Shown here piece after piece: positions 14,858-23,687 of a stretch of 23,890 nucleotides of DNA (position 1 is the stretch's first letter; the number at the start of each line of letters is the position of its first letter). The position numbers were made by a program, and so were the translations under genes. Source of the DNA: an uncultured bacterium (GTDB lineage Bacteria > Abyssobacteria > SURF-5); NCBI GenBank assembly GCA_964510165.1, contig CAZEBC010000043.1, positions 1 to 23,890 on the forward strand. The letters are read 5' to 3'. The notes below the pieces were generated by a model. The model saw only the letters and a program-made list of their open reading frames with translations, did not search any database and had not been told where the DNA came from.

Positions 14858-17008
14858 TTGTCGGAGGAACCTTTTGTTAGCGACTTGAGCAACCCGCCTC
14901 AAATTGCCGGGAATACCTCCCGGAAGGTCCTTCATTACGCGCTCGTGAGCGGTTTGGTCCTATGGTGTGCCCTTGTGCTTGTCCGATTCTATCAACACCA
15001 TCCCCTCGGACTTCTGGAGTTCTACCGGCTCGCGCTCAGATACCAGCCCCCCCCACTCCCGTCTGATCCCTTCAAAGTCCTTCTTGTCCTTAAGCGCATC
15101 GCCATGGTGTCGCTGCTTGCCGTAGCAGCAATCCTCACGGGACGGCGAATCATGGCCTTCGCGGGTGTGAAGCATTCGGAGACAGTTGAAAGATGGGATA
15201 GAGGCCTCGACCTGCTTGTTGCGCTGGGACTCGGATGGGGAGCGGTCATGTACCTGACTCTGGCGCTGGGGATTATCGGGGCGCTCTATCCTCTGACGAT
15301 GTGGAGCCTTGTCATCATCCTCGCGATCCCAGCGGGATGGCGGGAATTAAGAGGATTGAGCAGCGATATCAGGGCGCTGCTTGCGCCTTCCGACGCATGC
15401 CGAAACCGGCTCGTGACAGCCGGTATGGCAGTGGTCGGAATCATGCTCGCCCTCCTGCTCGTGATGGCGCTCGCGCCCAGCATCACTCATGATGCCATGG
15501 TCTACCACCTGAATGTTCCGCGCGTATACGCCCACGCCCACAGGATCGTTCCCATCCCCTACGATCTGTTCTCCAATACCGTCTTGAACCTGGAGATGCT
15601 CTATACTGTCGCGCTGCTGCTCGATGATTTCATGCTGGCAAACCTCCTTCATTTCACGTTCGGGCTTGCGACGCTGGCCTTCATCTACTGGTTCGCACGG
15701 GGTAATTTCGGGACGACGACGGCGGCGCTGACCACCTTCATCTTCTTCTTCAATCCTTCGGTCATCGGAGAGATGCCGATCTCATACGGCGACATAGCGA
15801 TGACTTTTTATTTCCTGCTCGCGCTGTATTGCCTGTGGAAATGGAAACAGGTCGAGAGCGGCCGACGGTTTGTGCTGGCGTGCATGTGCGCGGGAATTTT
15901 TGCGGGAATGAAATATACCGCGTTTTACGGCCTAATCTCGCTGGCCATCACAATAACCGCCGCGGAATACCTTTCAAGCCGCTCCGCCGCTTCTGTCGTC
16001 AAGAAGTTAGCGCTGTTCGGCGCAATCGTTGCCGCATTCGTTTCACCTTATCTTGTCAAGAATTATCTGATTACCGGCAACCCGGTCTATCCGGTCATGT
16101 ACAACGTCTTTGGAGGCAGATGGCTAATGCCCGCCCAGATGGAGCGGATGCTCGCGTATGTGGACTCGCACGGGATGGGACACGGTTGGCGGAACATGCT
16201 CCTGCTGCCGTGGAACATCACGATCTTTGGTGATACAGGGTTTGAGAACTTCGACACGATCATCACGCCGTTGTGGCTGGTCTTTCTGCCTGCGCTCGCA
16301 TTCGTGCGCTCGAAGCCGCCCCTCGTCAGGTGGGCCGCACTCGTGTGCATTGTCTATTTCCTGACCTGGTCTGCGTCCACTCACATCACGCGCTATATGA
16401 TGCCCATATTCCCCTTGGCGAGCCTCATCACGGCGCACGTGATTCTGGAATTGAAACAGGCAGCGCGGCGACTTTCCCCGCGAGCCGCCAACATTTACAG
16501 GACTGGCGTCATCCTGGTCTGCGGACTGGTGTGGTTCTCTTTCATCTATTTCTACCCGCCGCGCGTTCTTACGGAATTCGGCGGGTCTGTGTGGGGAGGC
16601 CAGACGCGCGATGAATTTCTCGCTCGAAAGGTCATCAACTACTCGGCGTTCAGATATATAAACGAGGAGTTGCCTCCCGACGCGCATGTGATGTTCTTTT
16701 GGGACAATCGCGGCTTTTTCTGCGAGCGGAACAGGACGGGAGACAGCGTGATCGAGGCGCCCACCATGATCGAGCTTGTACACAAGAGCGGCAGTCCCGA
16801 GGCCTTCCACGCATTGCTCCGCGACATGGGAATCACACACGTGTTCTTCAACGAGGCGTTTTTCGGCAGGTTCCCGCCCCATACCGTCTCGGCGGAAGAC
16901 GCGGCCAGGTTCAGAAACGATTTCGAGATATTCAACAGATTCCTGAAGGAATACTGTGTGCCCTTGTTTACCGCGACCGGCGCGACTGTGTATGAAATCA
17001 GGAAATAA
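14858..17008 (+). CDS. GT-C fold (ArnT/PMT_2, GT39-like) multi-pass membrane glycosyltransferase
   Basis: Many TM helices with HDAMVYHLNVP, GMKYT, PYLVKNYLITGNPVYP, RYMMP and a C-terminal periplasmic domain with GITHV. Start codon uncertain (TTG). Confidence 0.8.
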   Translation: MSEEPFVSDLSNPPQIAGNTSRKVLHYALVSGLVLWCALVLVRFYQHHPLGLLEFYRLALRYQPPPLPSDPFKVLLVLKRIAMVSLLAVAAILTGRRIMAFAGVKHSETVERWDRGLDLLVALGLGWGAVMYLTLALGIIGALYPLTMWSLVIILAIPAGWRELRGLSSDIRALLAPSDACRNRLVTAGMAVVGIMLALLLVMALAPSITHDAMVYHLNVPRVYAHAHRIVPIPYDLFSNTVLNLEMLYTVALLLDDFMLANLLHFTFGLATLAFIYWFARGNFGTTTAALTTFIFFFNPSVIGEMPISYGDIAMTFYFLLALYCLWKWKQVESGRRFVLACMCAGIFAGMKYTAFYGLISLAITITAAEYLSSRSAASVVKKLALFGAIVAAFVSPYLVKNYLITGNPVYPVMYNVFGGRWLMPAQMERMLAYVDSHGMGHGWRNMLLLPWNITIFGDTGFENFDTIITPLWLVFLPALAFVRSKPPLVRWAALVCIVYFLTWSASTHITRYMMPIFPLASLITAHVILELKQAARRLSPRAANIYRTGVILVCGLVWFSFIYFYPPRVLTEFGGSVWGGQTRDEFLARKVINYSAFRYINEELPPDAHVMFFWDNRGFFCERNRTGDSVIEAPTMIELVHKSGSPEAFHALLRDMGITHVFFNEAFFGRFPPHTVSAEDAARFRNDFEIFNRFLKEYCVPLFTATGATVYEIRK

Positions 17009-17028
17009 TGGGAGCCTCCAAAAAGGTT

Positions 17029-17057
17029 TTCACTTGAGAGCGAGGTTCTGGTATAAT
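17029..17057 (+). promoter_or_regulatory. Sigma70 promoter of the cas operon
   Basis: TTCACT (17029-17034), 17-bp spacer, extended -10 TGgTATAAT (TATAAT 17052-17057). Confidence 0.65.
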
Positions 17058-17088
17058 CTGAAAAGTTCTTGTCCCTATGGGAGGGGGC

Positions 17089-18060
17089 ATGCGCCAACCC
17101 ACCGACACACTGGCCGAGTTACTGAAGAACGTCACAATCAACAGGTTCGGCTTCCTGTTGGAAGCAAGGGAGCCGTTGAGGCTTCCTCGCTTCAAGGGTT
17201 CCACTCTCCGCGGAGCATTCGGGTGGGCATTTAAATCAATATGCTGCTCGAAGCCTGAGACAAACTGCGCCGGTTGCGAATTTTCCCAAGCCTGCATCCA
17301 CTCATATGTCTTTGAAACCAGCCCGCCCGAAGACAGCGAGATGATGCGGCTCTATCCTGCAGTCCCGCACCCGTTTGTCATTGAACCGCCCGCCACCCAC
17401 AGGGAGACATTTGCCTCCGGAAGCAAGATCGGGGTAACGCTCATACTCATTGGTCGCGCGCGCGAATACCTTCCCTATTTCGTTCTCGCGTTTAGGGAGA
17501 TGGGCGAGATCGGACTCGGGAGGGGGCGTGGCAAATATAGCTTGCAGAGTGTGGAATGCGCGGATAATCAGCCGATCGCTCCCATCTATCATCATTCATC
17601 CACAACGATACACGAGTGTCCCCCTCCCCTGTCCATAAGCGCCCTTCCTGGTCCGACATCTGCAAGCCGAATTTCGCTTGCGTTCGAGACGCCTACCAGA
17701 GTAATGTTCGAAGGACACCTATCGTCTCGTCCGGAATTCCACATCCTGATCAGAACGCTGCTGAGGCGAATCTCCGCGATATCCTACTTTCATTGCGGGA
17801 TGAGCCTCGACCTCGACTACAGCTTGCTTGTCGAGCGTTCCCGCCAGGTGACGCTCGCGAAATACGATATTTGCTGGCACGACTGGCAGCGATATTCGAA
17901 TCGTCAAAGAACCGCAATGAAAATGGGCGGCTTCATCGGGAGCGCCTCGTATGAAGGCCCATGGCAGGAGTTCTGGCCGCTCATAAAGCTGGGCGAGTTG
18001 CTTCACATCGGTAAAGGCGCCTCCTTCGGATTGGGAAAGTATTCCATCTCGACGGAATAG
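17089..18060 (+). CDS. cas6: CRISPR pre-crRNA processing endoribonuclease Cas6 (RAMP)
   Basis: FKGSTLRGAFG, Cys cluster CC..C..C....C, VPHPFVIEPP, and the C-terminal G-loop HIGKGASFGLGKY. Confidence 0.92.
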   Translation: MRQPTDTLAELLKNVTINRFGFLLEAREPLRLPRFKGSTLRGAFGWAFKSICCSKPETNCAGCEFSQACIHSYVFETSPPEDSEMMRLYPAVPHPFVIEPPATHRETFASGSKIGVTLILIGRAREYLPYFVLAFREMGEIGLGRGRGKYSLQSVECADNQPIAPIYHHSSTTIHECPPPLSISALPGPTSASRISLAFETPTRVMFEGHLSSRPEFHILIRTLLRRISAISYFHCGMSLDLDYSLLVERSRQVTLAKYDICWHDWQRYSNRQRTAMKMGGFIGSASYEGPWQEFWPLIKLGELLHIGKGASFGLGKYSISTE

Positions 18061-18091
18061 TCGGCTGTTCGGACAACCAGGAGAGGGCGAG

Positions 18092-20542
18092 ATGAATCGG
18101 GTTGAATACCATACAGTCATCCTTGCTGCGCTCTTGCACGACATTGGCAAGTTCTTGCAGCGCGGCTCGCGCGACCTAGACATTCGCGGAACGCATCCGG
18201 AGGTTTCGGGCCGGTTCGTATCGGGATTTCGGGAATTTTTCTCGGGCTGCGTCGATTTTGAGAAGCTCCTTGCGTTGACGCAACGCCACCACGAGAGTTT
18301 GCGTTTTCCGGACCACACCCGCGCCGACAAGGCGCCCGATGAACTGAAGGCGTTGGCGTACATTGTGAGCCGGGCGGACAATTATGCCTCGAGCGAACGC
18401 GGCGAGACGTCTCCGTCGCATCAGGATTTCCGCTCGACTCCGCTTGTCTCGGTGTTTGGCCGACTGAAGATATTCACAGATCGCGATCCCCCGAAGCCCA
18501 TGCGGTACAGGGCCGGCACGCTCGCGCCCGAGCGGGCTTTCCCGCAGCAATTCGAGGCGTTCGAGGCCGGGGAGATGGATTCGCATCTTCTCGAATTCGG
18601 GGCGGAATTCAAGAGACTGACGACATCGCTTGAGTCCACCGATTTTGACGTCCTCTATTCGCACGTTCTTTCGCTGTTCAACCGCTACCTCTGGTGCGTT
18701 CCGAGCAACACGCAGGAAGAGGTACCTGACATCTCATTGTTTGACCATCTCAAGGTGACGAGCGCGATCGCCGCGTGTCTGTATCAATTCCATTCGGACA
18801 ATCTCGATGTTCAGTCCATCAAGAACGACACTGCGGAAAAATTTCTTCTGGTCGTCGGTGACGTGGCCGGAATCCAGAATTTCATTTTCGACATCGCGCA
18901 TGTCGGCGTGGGCGCGGCGGCCAAGCGGCTGCGCGCCCGCTCGTTCCGTGTGGGCCTTGTCTCGGATATCGCCGCGCACAGGATAATCCAGCGTTTTGAG
19001 TTGCCCGTGTCAAATATTCTGATGTCGGCGGGCGGCAAGTTCTATATTCTCTTGCCGAAACTTGCCGAAGCCGGGGCGATGCTTCAAAAACTGGCGGACG
19101 AATTCGACGAGTGGTGTTACCGGGAAACCAATGGCGAGATAAAGCTGCATCTGGCGCGTGTGCCGGTATCCGGGAAAAGCTTCGCCGGTTTCGATGCGAT
19201 TCTGCGCGAAGCAACCAACGCGCTTGCGGCCTCAAAGCTGCGGCCATTTCAGAGTGTGTTGGCAAACGAGGTCGGTTGGAAAGCCGACCTGTTCCCGATG
19301 CTCCATGCGCAACCCGGGCAGGATGAGAAGCTCTGCGAGGTCTGCCGCAAGGTTCCGGGGCGGAAACGCGAAGAAGGCCGGATCGAGTGCGAGGGATGTT
19401 TCAGCGATAAAGACATTGGAACGAAGCTGCCACGTGCGCGGTATCTCAGCTATTTCTCCGAGAAGCGTCCCGACGCATTTGAACAGTTGAACCGTTTTTG
19501 CGGACTCCATCGAAAAGCAGAGGAGATATCGGGCAAGCCGCGAATGGTTGCAAGCTTGCATCCGGCCGAATGCACAGAATGCGGCCACATGCCGTTTATT
19601 ACGGAACAATTGGCAAACTATGTCCCGGTCGCCAAAGAGAACGAGTGCATAGAATGCGGAGTCGCAAAGCACTGTCACAGCAAGGAGCAACTGAGTGCGG
19701 GTCAGCCCATCTTCTTTCAGTGCATCGCCGCGAAAGCCACGGGCCGCAAGGCGCTCGCATACCTCAAGGCCGACGTAGACAACATGGGGAAGCTGTTTGC
19801 GTTCGGGCTCAAGCCCGATGCCGCCGTGACCGACGAGGCTGATGGAGAACGTAGTCCCTATACGCTCTCCCGTGTCCTGACGCTCAGCCGCATGCTGGAG
19901 AACTTCTTCTCCGGCTGGCTGCAGGCTGAACTGCGCGAGCGCTTCCCATATCTGTACACCGTGTATTCCGGCGGCGACGACCTACTCATCATCGGCCCCT
20001 GGGACCACGTGATTGACTTCGCCGCCGCTCTCAACCGCGAATTCAATCGGTATGTATGCGGGAACCCGAATATCACACTCTCGGCGGGCATTGCGCTGGC
20101 GAACCCGCACACGCCGGTGTTCTCCGCCACTCGCCAGGCCGATCATCTGCTGGACGAGTCGAAGAATGCGGGCCGCAACCGCCTTACCGTTTTCGGCGCT
20201 ACGATGGAGTGGGGGCAGGTTCCCGCCATTCTGGGCCAGGCCAGGCAGCTTGCCGAGTGGATGCGGGGCGGCGTCGTCCCGGTGTCATTCGGTCATCGGC
20301 TGCTCCGCTATTCAACATTCCATCGCCGTTATAAGGAGACGCACGACTCTGAGTACCTGCGATTCCTGCCGATGCTCAAGTATGATATTGCGCGCAACCT
20401 GAGCCGGCCGGCCCAGCGCGAGGTCAGGCTGTGGGCCGAGACATTGAAGGACCTTGCTTCGCCGAACCTTCAGCATCTTCGGTTTAGTGCGAGCTATGCT
20501 CTGAATGCCAACAGAAGAGGAGGACAGCATGACACCAGATGA
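18092..20542 (+). CDS. cas10: Type III-A Cas10/Csm1 (HD nuclease plus Palm cOA synthase)
   Basis: AALLHDIGKF (HD), RHH, RADNYAS, DISLFDH, GDVAGIQNFIF, LRARSF, Zn finger CEVC..CEGC, KADVDNMG, YSGGDDL. Confidence 0.97.
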   Translation: MNRVEYHTVILAALLHDIGKFLQRGSRDLDIRGTHPEVSGRFVSGFREFFSGCVDFEKLLALTQRHHESLRFPDHTRADKAPDELKALAYIVSRADNYASSERGETSPSHQDFRSTPLVSVFGRLKIFTDRDPPKPMRYRAGTLAPERAFPQQFEAFEAGEMDSHLLEFGAEFKRLTTSLESTDFDVLYSHVLSLFNRYLWCVPSNTQEEVPDISLFDHLKVTSAIAACLYQFHSDNLDVQSIKNDTAEKFLLVVGDVAGIQNFIFDIAHVGVGAAAKRLRARSFRVGLVSDIAAHRIIQRFELPVSNILMSAGGKFYILLPKLAEAGAMLQKLADEFDEWCYRETNGEIKLHLARVPVSGKSFAGFDAILREATNALAASKLRPFQSVLANEVGWKADLFPMLHAQPGQDEKLCEVCRKVPGRKREEGRIECEGCFSDKDIGTKLPRARYLSYFSEKRPDAFEQLNRFCGLHRKAEEISGKPRMVASLHPAECTECGHMPFITEQLANYVPVAKENECIECGVAKHCHSKEQLSAGQPIFFQCIAAKATGRKALAYLKADVDNMGKLFAFGLKPDAAVTDEADGERSPYTLSRVLTLSRMLENFFSGWLQAELRERFPYLYTVYSGGDDLLIIGPWDHVIDFAAALNREFNRYVCGNPNITLSAGIALANPHTPVFSATRQADHLLDESKNAGRNRLTVFGATMEWGQVPAILGQARQLAEWMRGGVVPVSFGHRLLRYSTFHRRYKETHDSEYLRFLPMLKYDIARNLSRPAQREVRLWAETLKDLASPNLQHLRFSASYALNANRRGGQHDTR

Positions 20543-21071
20543 CATCCGCGACGCCTTCAGGAAAGTGGGTGTGAACCCGCCGGGAAATCCGGGACACGGG
20601 CCGGACCGTACGCGGGACCGCGGCCATCGCCACGGAGGGGGTGGAGACCGAGGCCGAGAAGGTCCGCCGCCGCGCCTGCCGGACGGATATCTGAAGGATG
20701 GGTATTTCAACGAGAGGGGACACCTGAGGGAGGACTTGCTTGACAAGGTAGCCGAAGAAGTGGCGCTGGCCATCGGCGAATCGCAGCCCACACTGACTAC
20801 CCACCAACTCCGGCGTTTTTTCAATGATGCAAAAGCCATTCAAAACAGGCTGGGAATGCTCCAGGATTTCGACGCGGTCCGAAGCGACATCAAGAGACTG
20901 AAGGCATTCGCTCGCGATGCGCAGGGAAAGAAAAAGATACCAAGGGAGTTCCTTGGGTTCATCGAAAAGAACGTGGACCTGGTTAACGATAAGAAAAGTT
21001 TTGAGAAAGGTTTCATCGAGCATTTTCAGGCGGTTGTCGCCAATTTCAGCTACAGGTTCCCCAGACAGTGA
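20529..21071 (+). CDS. csm2: Type III-A small subunit Csm2 (Cas11) with Gly/Arg-rich N-terminal extension
   Basis: LTTHQLRRFF and FIEHFQAVVA motifs, position after cas10, SD GGAGGA. Confidence 0.88.
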   Translation: MTPDDIRDAFRKVGVNPPGNPGHGPDRTRDRGHRHGGGGDRGREGPPPRLPDGYLKDGYFNERGHLREDLLDKVAEEVALAIGESQPTLTTHQLRRFFNDAKAIQNRLGMLQDFDAVRSDIKRLKAFARDAQGKKKIPREFLGFIEKNVDLVNDKKSFEKGFIEHFQAVVANFSYRFPRQ

Positions 21072-21086
21072 GCGGAGGTGGACATC

Positions 21087-21743
21087 ATGCAGTTGCAAAA
21101 GTTCAACAAGTTTACGGGTTGTGTCACGTGCAAGACCGGCCTGCATATCGGCGGTTCGGTGGAACAAATGGAGATCGGAGGCGTTGACAACCCTATAATC
21201 AAGCATCCGATCACCCGAGAGCCATACATACCCGGCTCCTCACTGAAGGGCAAGATGAGGTCGGCGCTTGAGTTCAAACACGCCAAGATTCAGGGAAATG
21301 GAAAACCATGCGGCTGTGCCCGGCAAGACTGTAAAGTGTGTCTCATTTTTGGGCCTCATAAGAGGTCAAAACACGACCTCGGTCCGACGCGCATACTTGT
21401 GCGAGACGCCTTCCTCTCAGATCACACCAGAAAAGAATACAACGCGTTGGTTGAGGAGAAAGGTGTGTCCTACATCGAGCAAAAGACCGAGAACATCATC
21501 AATCGAAAGACCGGCGCCGCCGAACATCCTCGCACACAGGAGCGCGTTCCCGCGGGAGCGAAATTTGATTTCGAGATAACCCTCCAGATTCTGTCCGGCG
21601 ACAAGGAAACCGAGATGGTGGAGTTTGTGAAGGATGGGTTAAGGCTGGTGCAGGAGACGTATCTTGGCGGGTACGGCAGCCGGGGCTCGGGCAAGGTGGT
21701 GTTCGAGGACCTGAAATTGAACGGCGAACCGTTCACGCTTTGA
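21087..21743 (+). CDS. csm3: Type III-A backbone RAMP Csm3 (Cas7)
   Basis: TGLHIGG, GGVDN (catalytic Asp position), PYIPGSSLKGKMRS, PRTQERVPAG, YLGGYGSRGSGKV. Confidence 0.96.
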   Translation: MQLQKFNKFTGCVTCKTGLHIGGSVEQMEIGGVDNPIIKHPITREPYIPGSSLKGKMRSALEFKHAKIQGNGKPCGCARQDCKVCLIFGPHKRSKHDLGPTRILVRDAFLSDHTRKEYNALVEEKGVSYIEQKTENIINRKTGAAEHPRTQERVPAGAKFDFEITLQILSGDKETEMVEFVKDGLRLVQETYLGGYGSRGSGKVVFEDLKLNGEPFTL

Positions 21744-21751
21744 GGCTCCAC

Positions 21752-22690
21752 ATGAAAACCTACGCAGTAAAGATAGAGCCCCTCACAAGCTTCATCACGC
21801 CGTGGCAGGCGGATACGCTGTTCGGGCATTTGTGCTGGACGGTGGCCTACGCCGACGGCGACGAGGCGCTCGCCGAGTTCCTGAAACCCTTTAAAGAAGG
21901 CGAGCCGCCGTTTCTCCTCTCCGACGGCTTTCCGGGCGAGATGCTCCCGCTGCCGCTGTCGGCGGGCTTGATCGAAGAAAGCGGCGTCGAGCCAGTGAAG
22001 CGGTTTGAGCGGGCCAAAGCGCTCAAACAAACCGAATATGTTCCGCTGGAGATATTCAATCGCATCCTGCGCGGGCAACCGTTCGATGTTCCCGCGCGCG
22101 AGGAGACCGCCGTTTCAGCGACGACCATGCACAACACCATCAACCGGCTCACCGGAACGACCCCCGAGGAGGGCGGCCTCTACGCGCACGACGAGTTGTT
22201 CCCGGCCGAGATGAAGCAACCTATCACATTCTATGCGAAGACGGCGGACGGACTCGATATCAACAGGCTCAGGGAGTTGCTCCAGATGACCGCGGAGCGC
22301 GGTTACGGCAAGCGGGCAAGCGTCGGCAAAGGCGCGTTCCGCGTGCTCTCGGTCGAGCCTTTCGATGGTTTCAACCCTCCGGCAGACTCCAACGGGTTTG
22401 TGTCGCTCTCCAATTTCGTGCCCGCTGCGTCCGACCCGACCGACGGCTATTACAGGACGCTGGTCAAATACGGCAAGCTGGGCGCACACCTGGCACGGAG
22501 CGAGAACCCGTTCAAGACGCCTCTCTTGATGCTTCGCGCCGGCTCATGCTTCAGGGCGAGCGGCTGTCCGCGCGAGTTTTACGGCGGCATGGTCGGGGGG
22601 CTGTCGCCATCGCATCCTGAGGTGACGCACTACGCTTACGCTTTCTCGGTTCCGATGAAAATGCCGCCGGAGGAAAAGTGGAGCGGCTGA
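21752..22690 (+). CDS. csm4: Type III-A RAMP Csm4 (Cas5)
   Basis: ADTLFGHLCW, LLSDGFP, HNTINRLTG, GYGKRASVGKGAF, GSCF, HYAYAF. Confidence 0.93.
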   Translation: MKTYAVKIEPLTSFITPWQADTLFGHLCWTVAYADGDEALAEFLKPFKEGEPPFLLSDGFPGEMLPLPLSAGLIEESGVEPVKRFERAKALKQTEYVPLEIFNRILRGQPFDVPAREETAVSATTMHNTINRLTGTTPEEGGLYAHDELFPAEMKQPITFYAKTADGLDINRLRELLQMTAERGYGKRASVGKGAFRVLSVEPFDGFNPPADSNGFVSLSNFVPAASDPTDGYYRTLVKYGKLGAHLARSENPFKTPLLMLRAGSCFRASGCPREFYGGMVGGLSPSHPEVTHYAYAFSVPMKMPPEEKWSG

Positions 22691-22691
22691 G

Positions 22692-23687
22692 ATGGCCAAC
22701 CTGTACCTGACCGAACAGGGAGCGGTGCTCCGAAAGAGCGGCGACCGGCTCATTGTCGAAAAAGAGGGCCGGACGCTCCTGGTCGTGCCATGCAACAAGA
22801 TCGAGACTGTGCTCATCTTCGGCAATGTGCAGTTCACCACGCAGGCACTGTGCGAACTGTTCGAACATGAAATCGAGATGGCCCTGCTGACTGAGGACGG
22901 CTACCTGCGCGGGCAGCTTACGCCGATCAAGAACAAGAACATTCTGCTTCGGCAGGCCCAGTTCCGCCTGAGCGAAGATGAGGCGTTCGCGCGCCGCAGC
23001 GCGGCGGCCATCTTACGGGCCAAATTGCTCAATTCTGCCGCGGTGCTCCGACGTTTCGCGCACAATCATCCGGACGAGCGCGTGAGCGTTGCGGCGGCGG
23101 AAATCGGCGACCTGTCTGAAGGCATATCTGATCAGACGCCGATCAGCTCGCTCCTCGGCGTCGAGGGCACAGCCGCCAAACTCTATTATTCGGCTATGAG
23201 ACATATGATGCTTGCAGAATTCGCGTTTCCCGGCCGGGTACGGCGTCCGCCGACCGACCCGGTGAACGCGCTGCTCTCTTTCGGCTACGTCCTCCTCGCA
23301 AACGAGCTGCAATCGCTTCTGGACGCCATCGGGCTTGACCCCTACCTTGGGTTCCTTCATCAGGTGGAATATGGGCGGCCGAGCCTTGCGCTCGACGTGT
23401 TGGAGGAATTTCGAGCGCCCGTGATTGACCGGTTCACCCTCTATATGATAAACAAGAGGATGCTGACGCCTCAGCAGTTTCAGGACTTGGGTGAGAAAGG
23501 GGTGAGGCTCACCCGCGAGGGCATGAAGACGTTCTTCGCACACTACGAGCGCTGGATGAACGAGCCGCAGGCAGGCATCACCCATGAGGCCGGCAACTCA
23601 TTCCGCAAGGCGCTGCGCGCGCAAGCCGAGGCAATGGCCAAAGCAATAAGGGAAGGTTCGCAGTACGCGCCCTTCAGGTTCACATGA
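22692..23687 (+). CDS. cas1: CRISPR-associated integrase Cas1
   Basis: LYLTEQG, LLGVEG, RRPPTDPVNALLSFGY, GLDPYLGFLH, LALDVLEEFR. Catalytic E/H/D are present and there is no RT fusion. Confidence 0.97.
   Translation: MANLYLTEQGAVLRKSGDRLIVEKEGRTLLVVPCNKIETVLIFGNVQFTTQALCELFEHEIEMALLTEDGYLRGQLTPIKNKNILLRQAQFRLSEDEAFARRSAAAILRAKLLNSAAVLRRFAHNHPDERVSVAAAEIGDLSEGISDQTPISSLLGVEGTAAKLYYSAMRHMMLAEFAFPGRVRRPPTDPVNALLSFGYVLLANELQSLLDAIGLDPYLGFLHQVEYGRPSLALDVLEEFRAPVIDRFTLYMINKRMLTPQQFQDLGEKGVRLTREGMKTFFAHYERWMNEPQAGITHEAGNSFRKALRAQAEAMAKAIREGSQYAPFRFT

Noticed and set aside
22544..22868. Hidden csm5 remnant or effector at the csm4-cas1 junction
   Set aside because: Only 1 bp separates the genes, and the overlapping minus-strand ORFs show no RAMP or CARF features.
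22692..23687. RT-Cas1 or Cas4-Cas1 fusion
   Set aside because: The 331-aa protein begins directly with the Cas1 N-terminus and has no YADD or Cas4 motifs.
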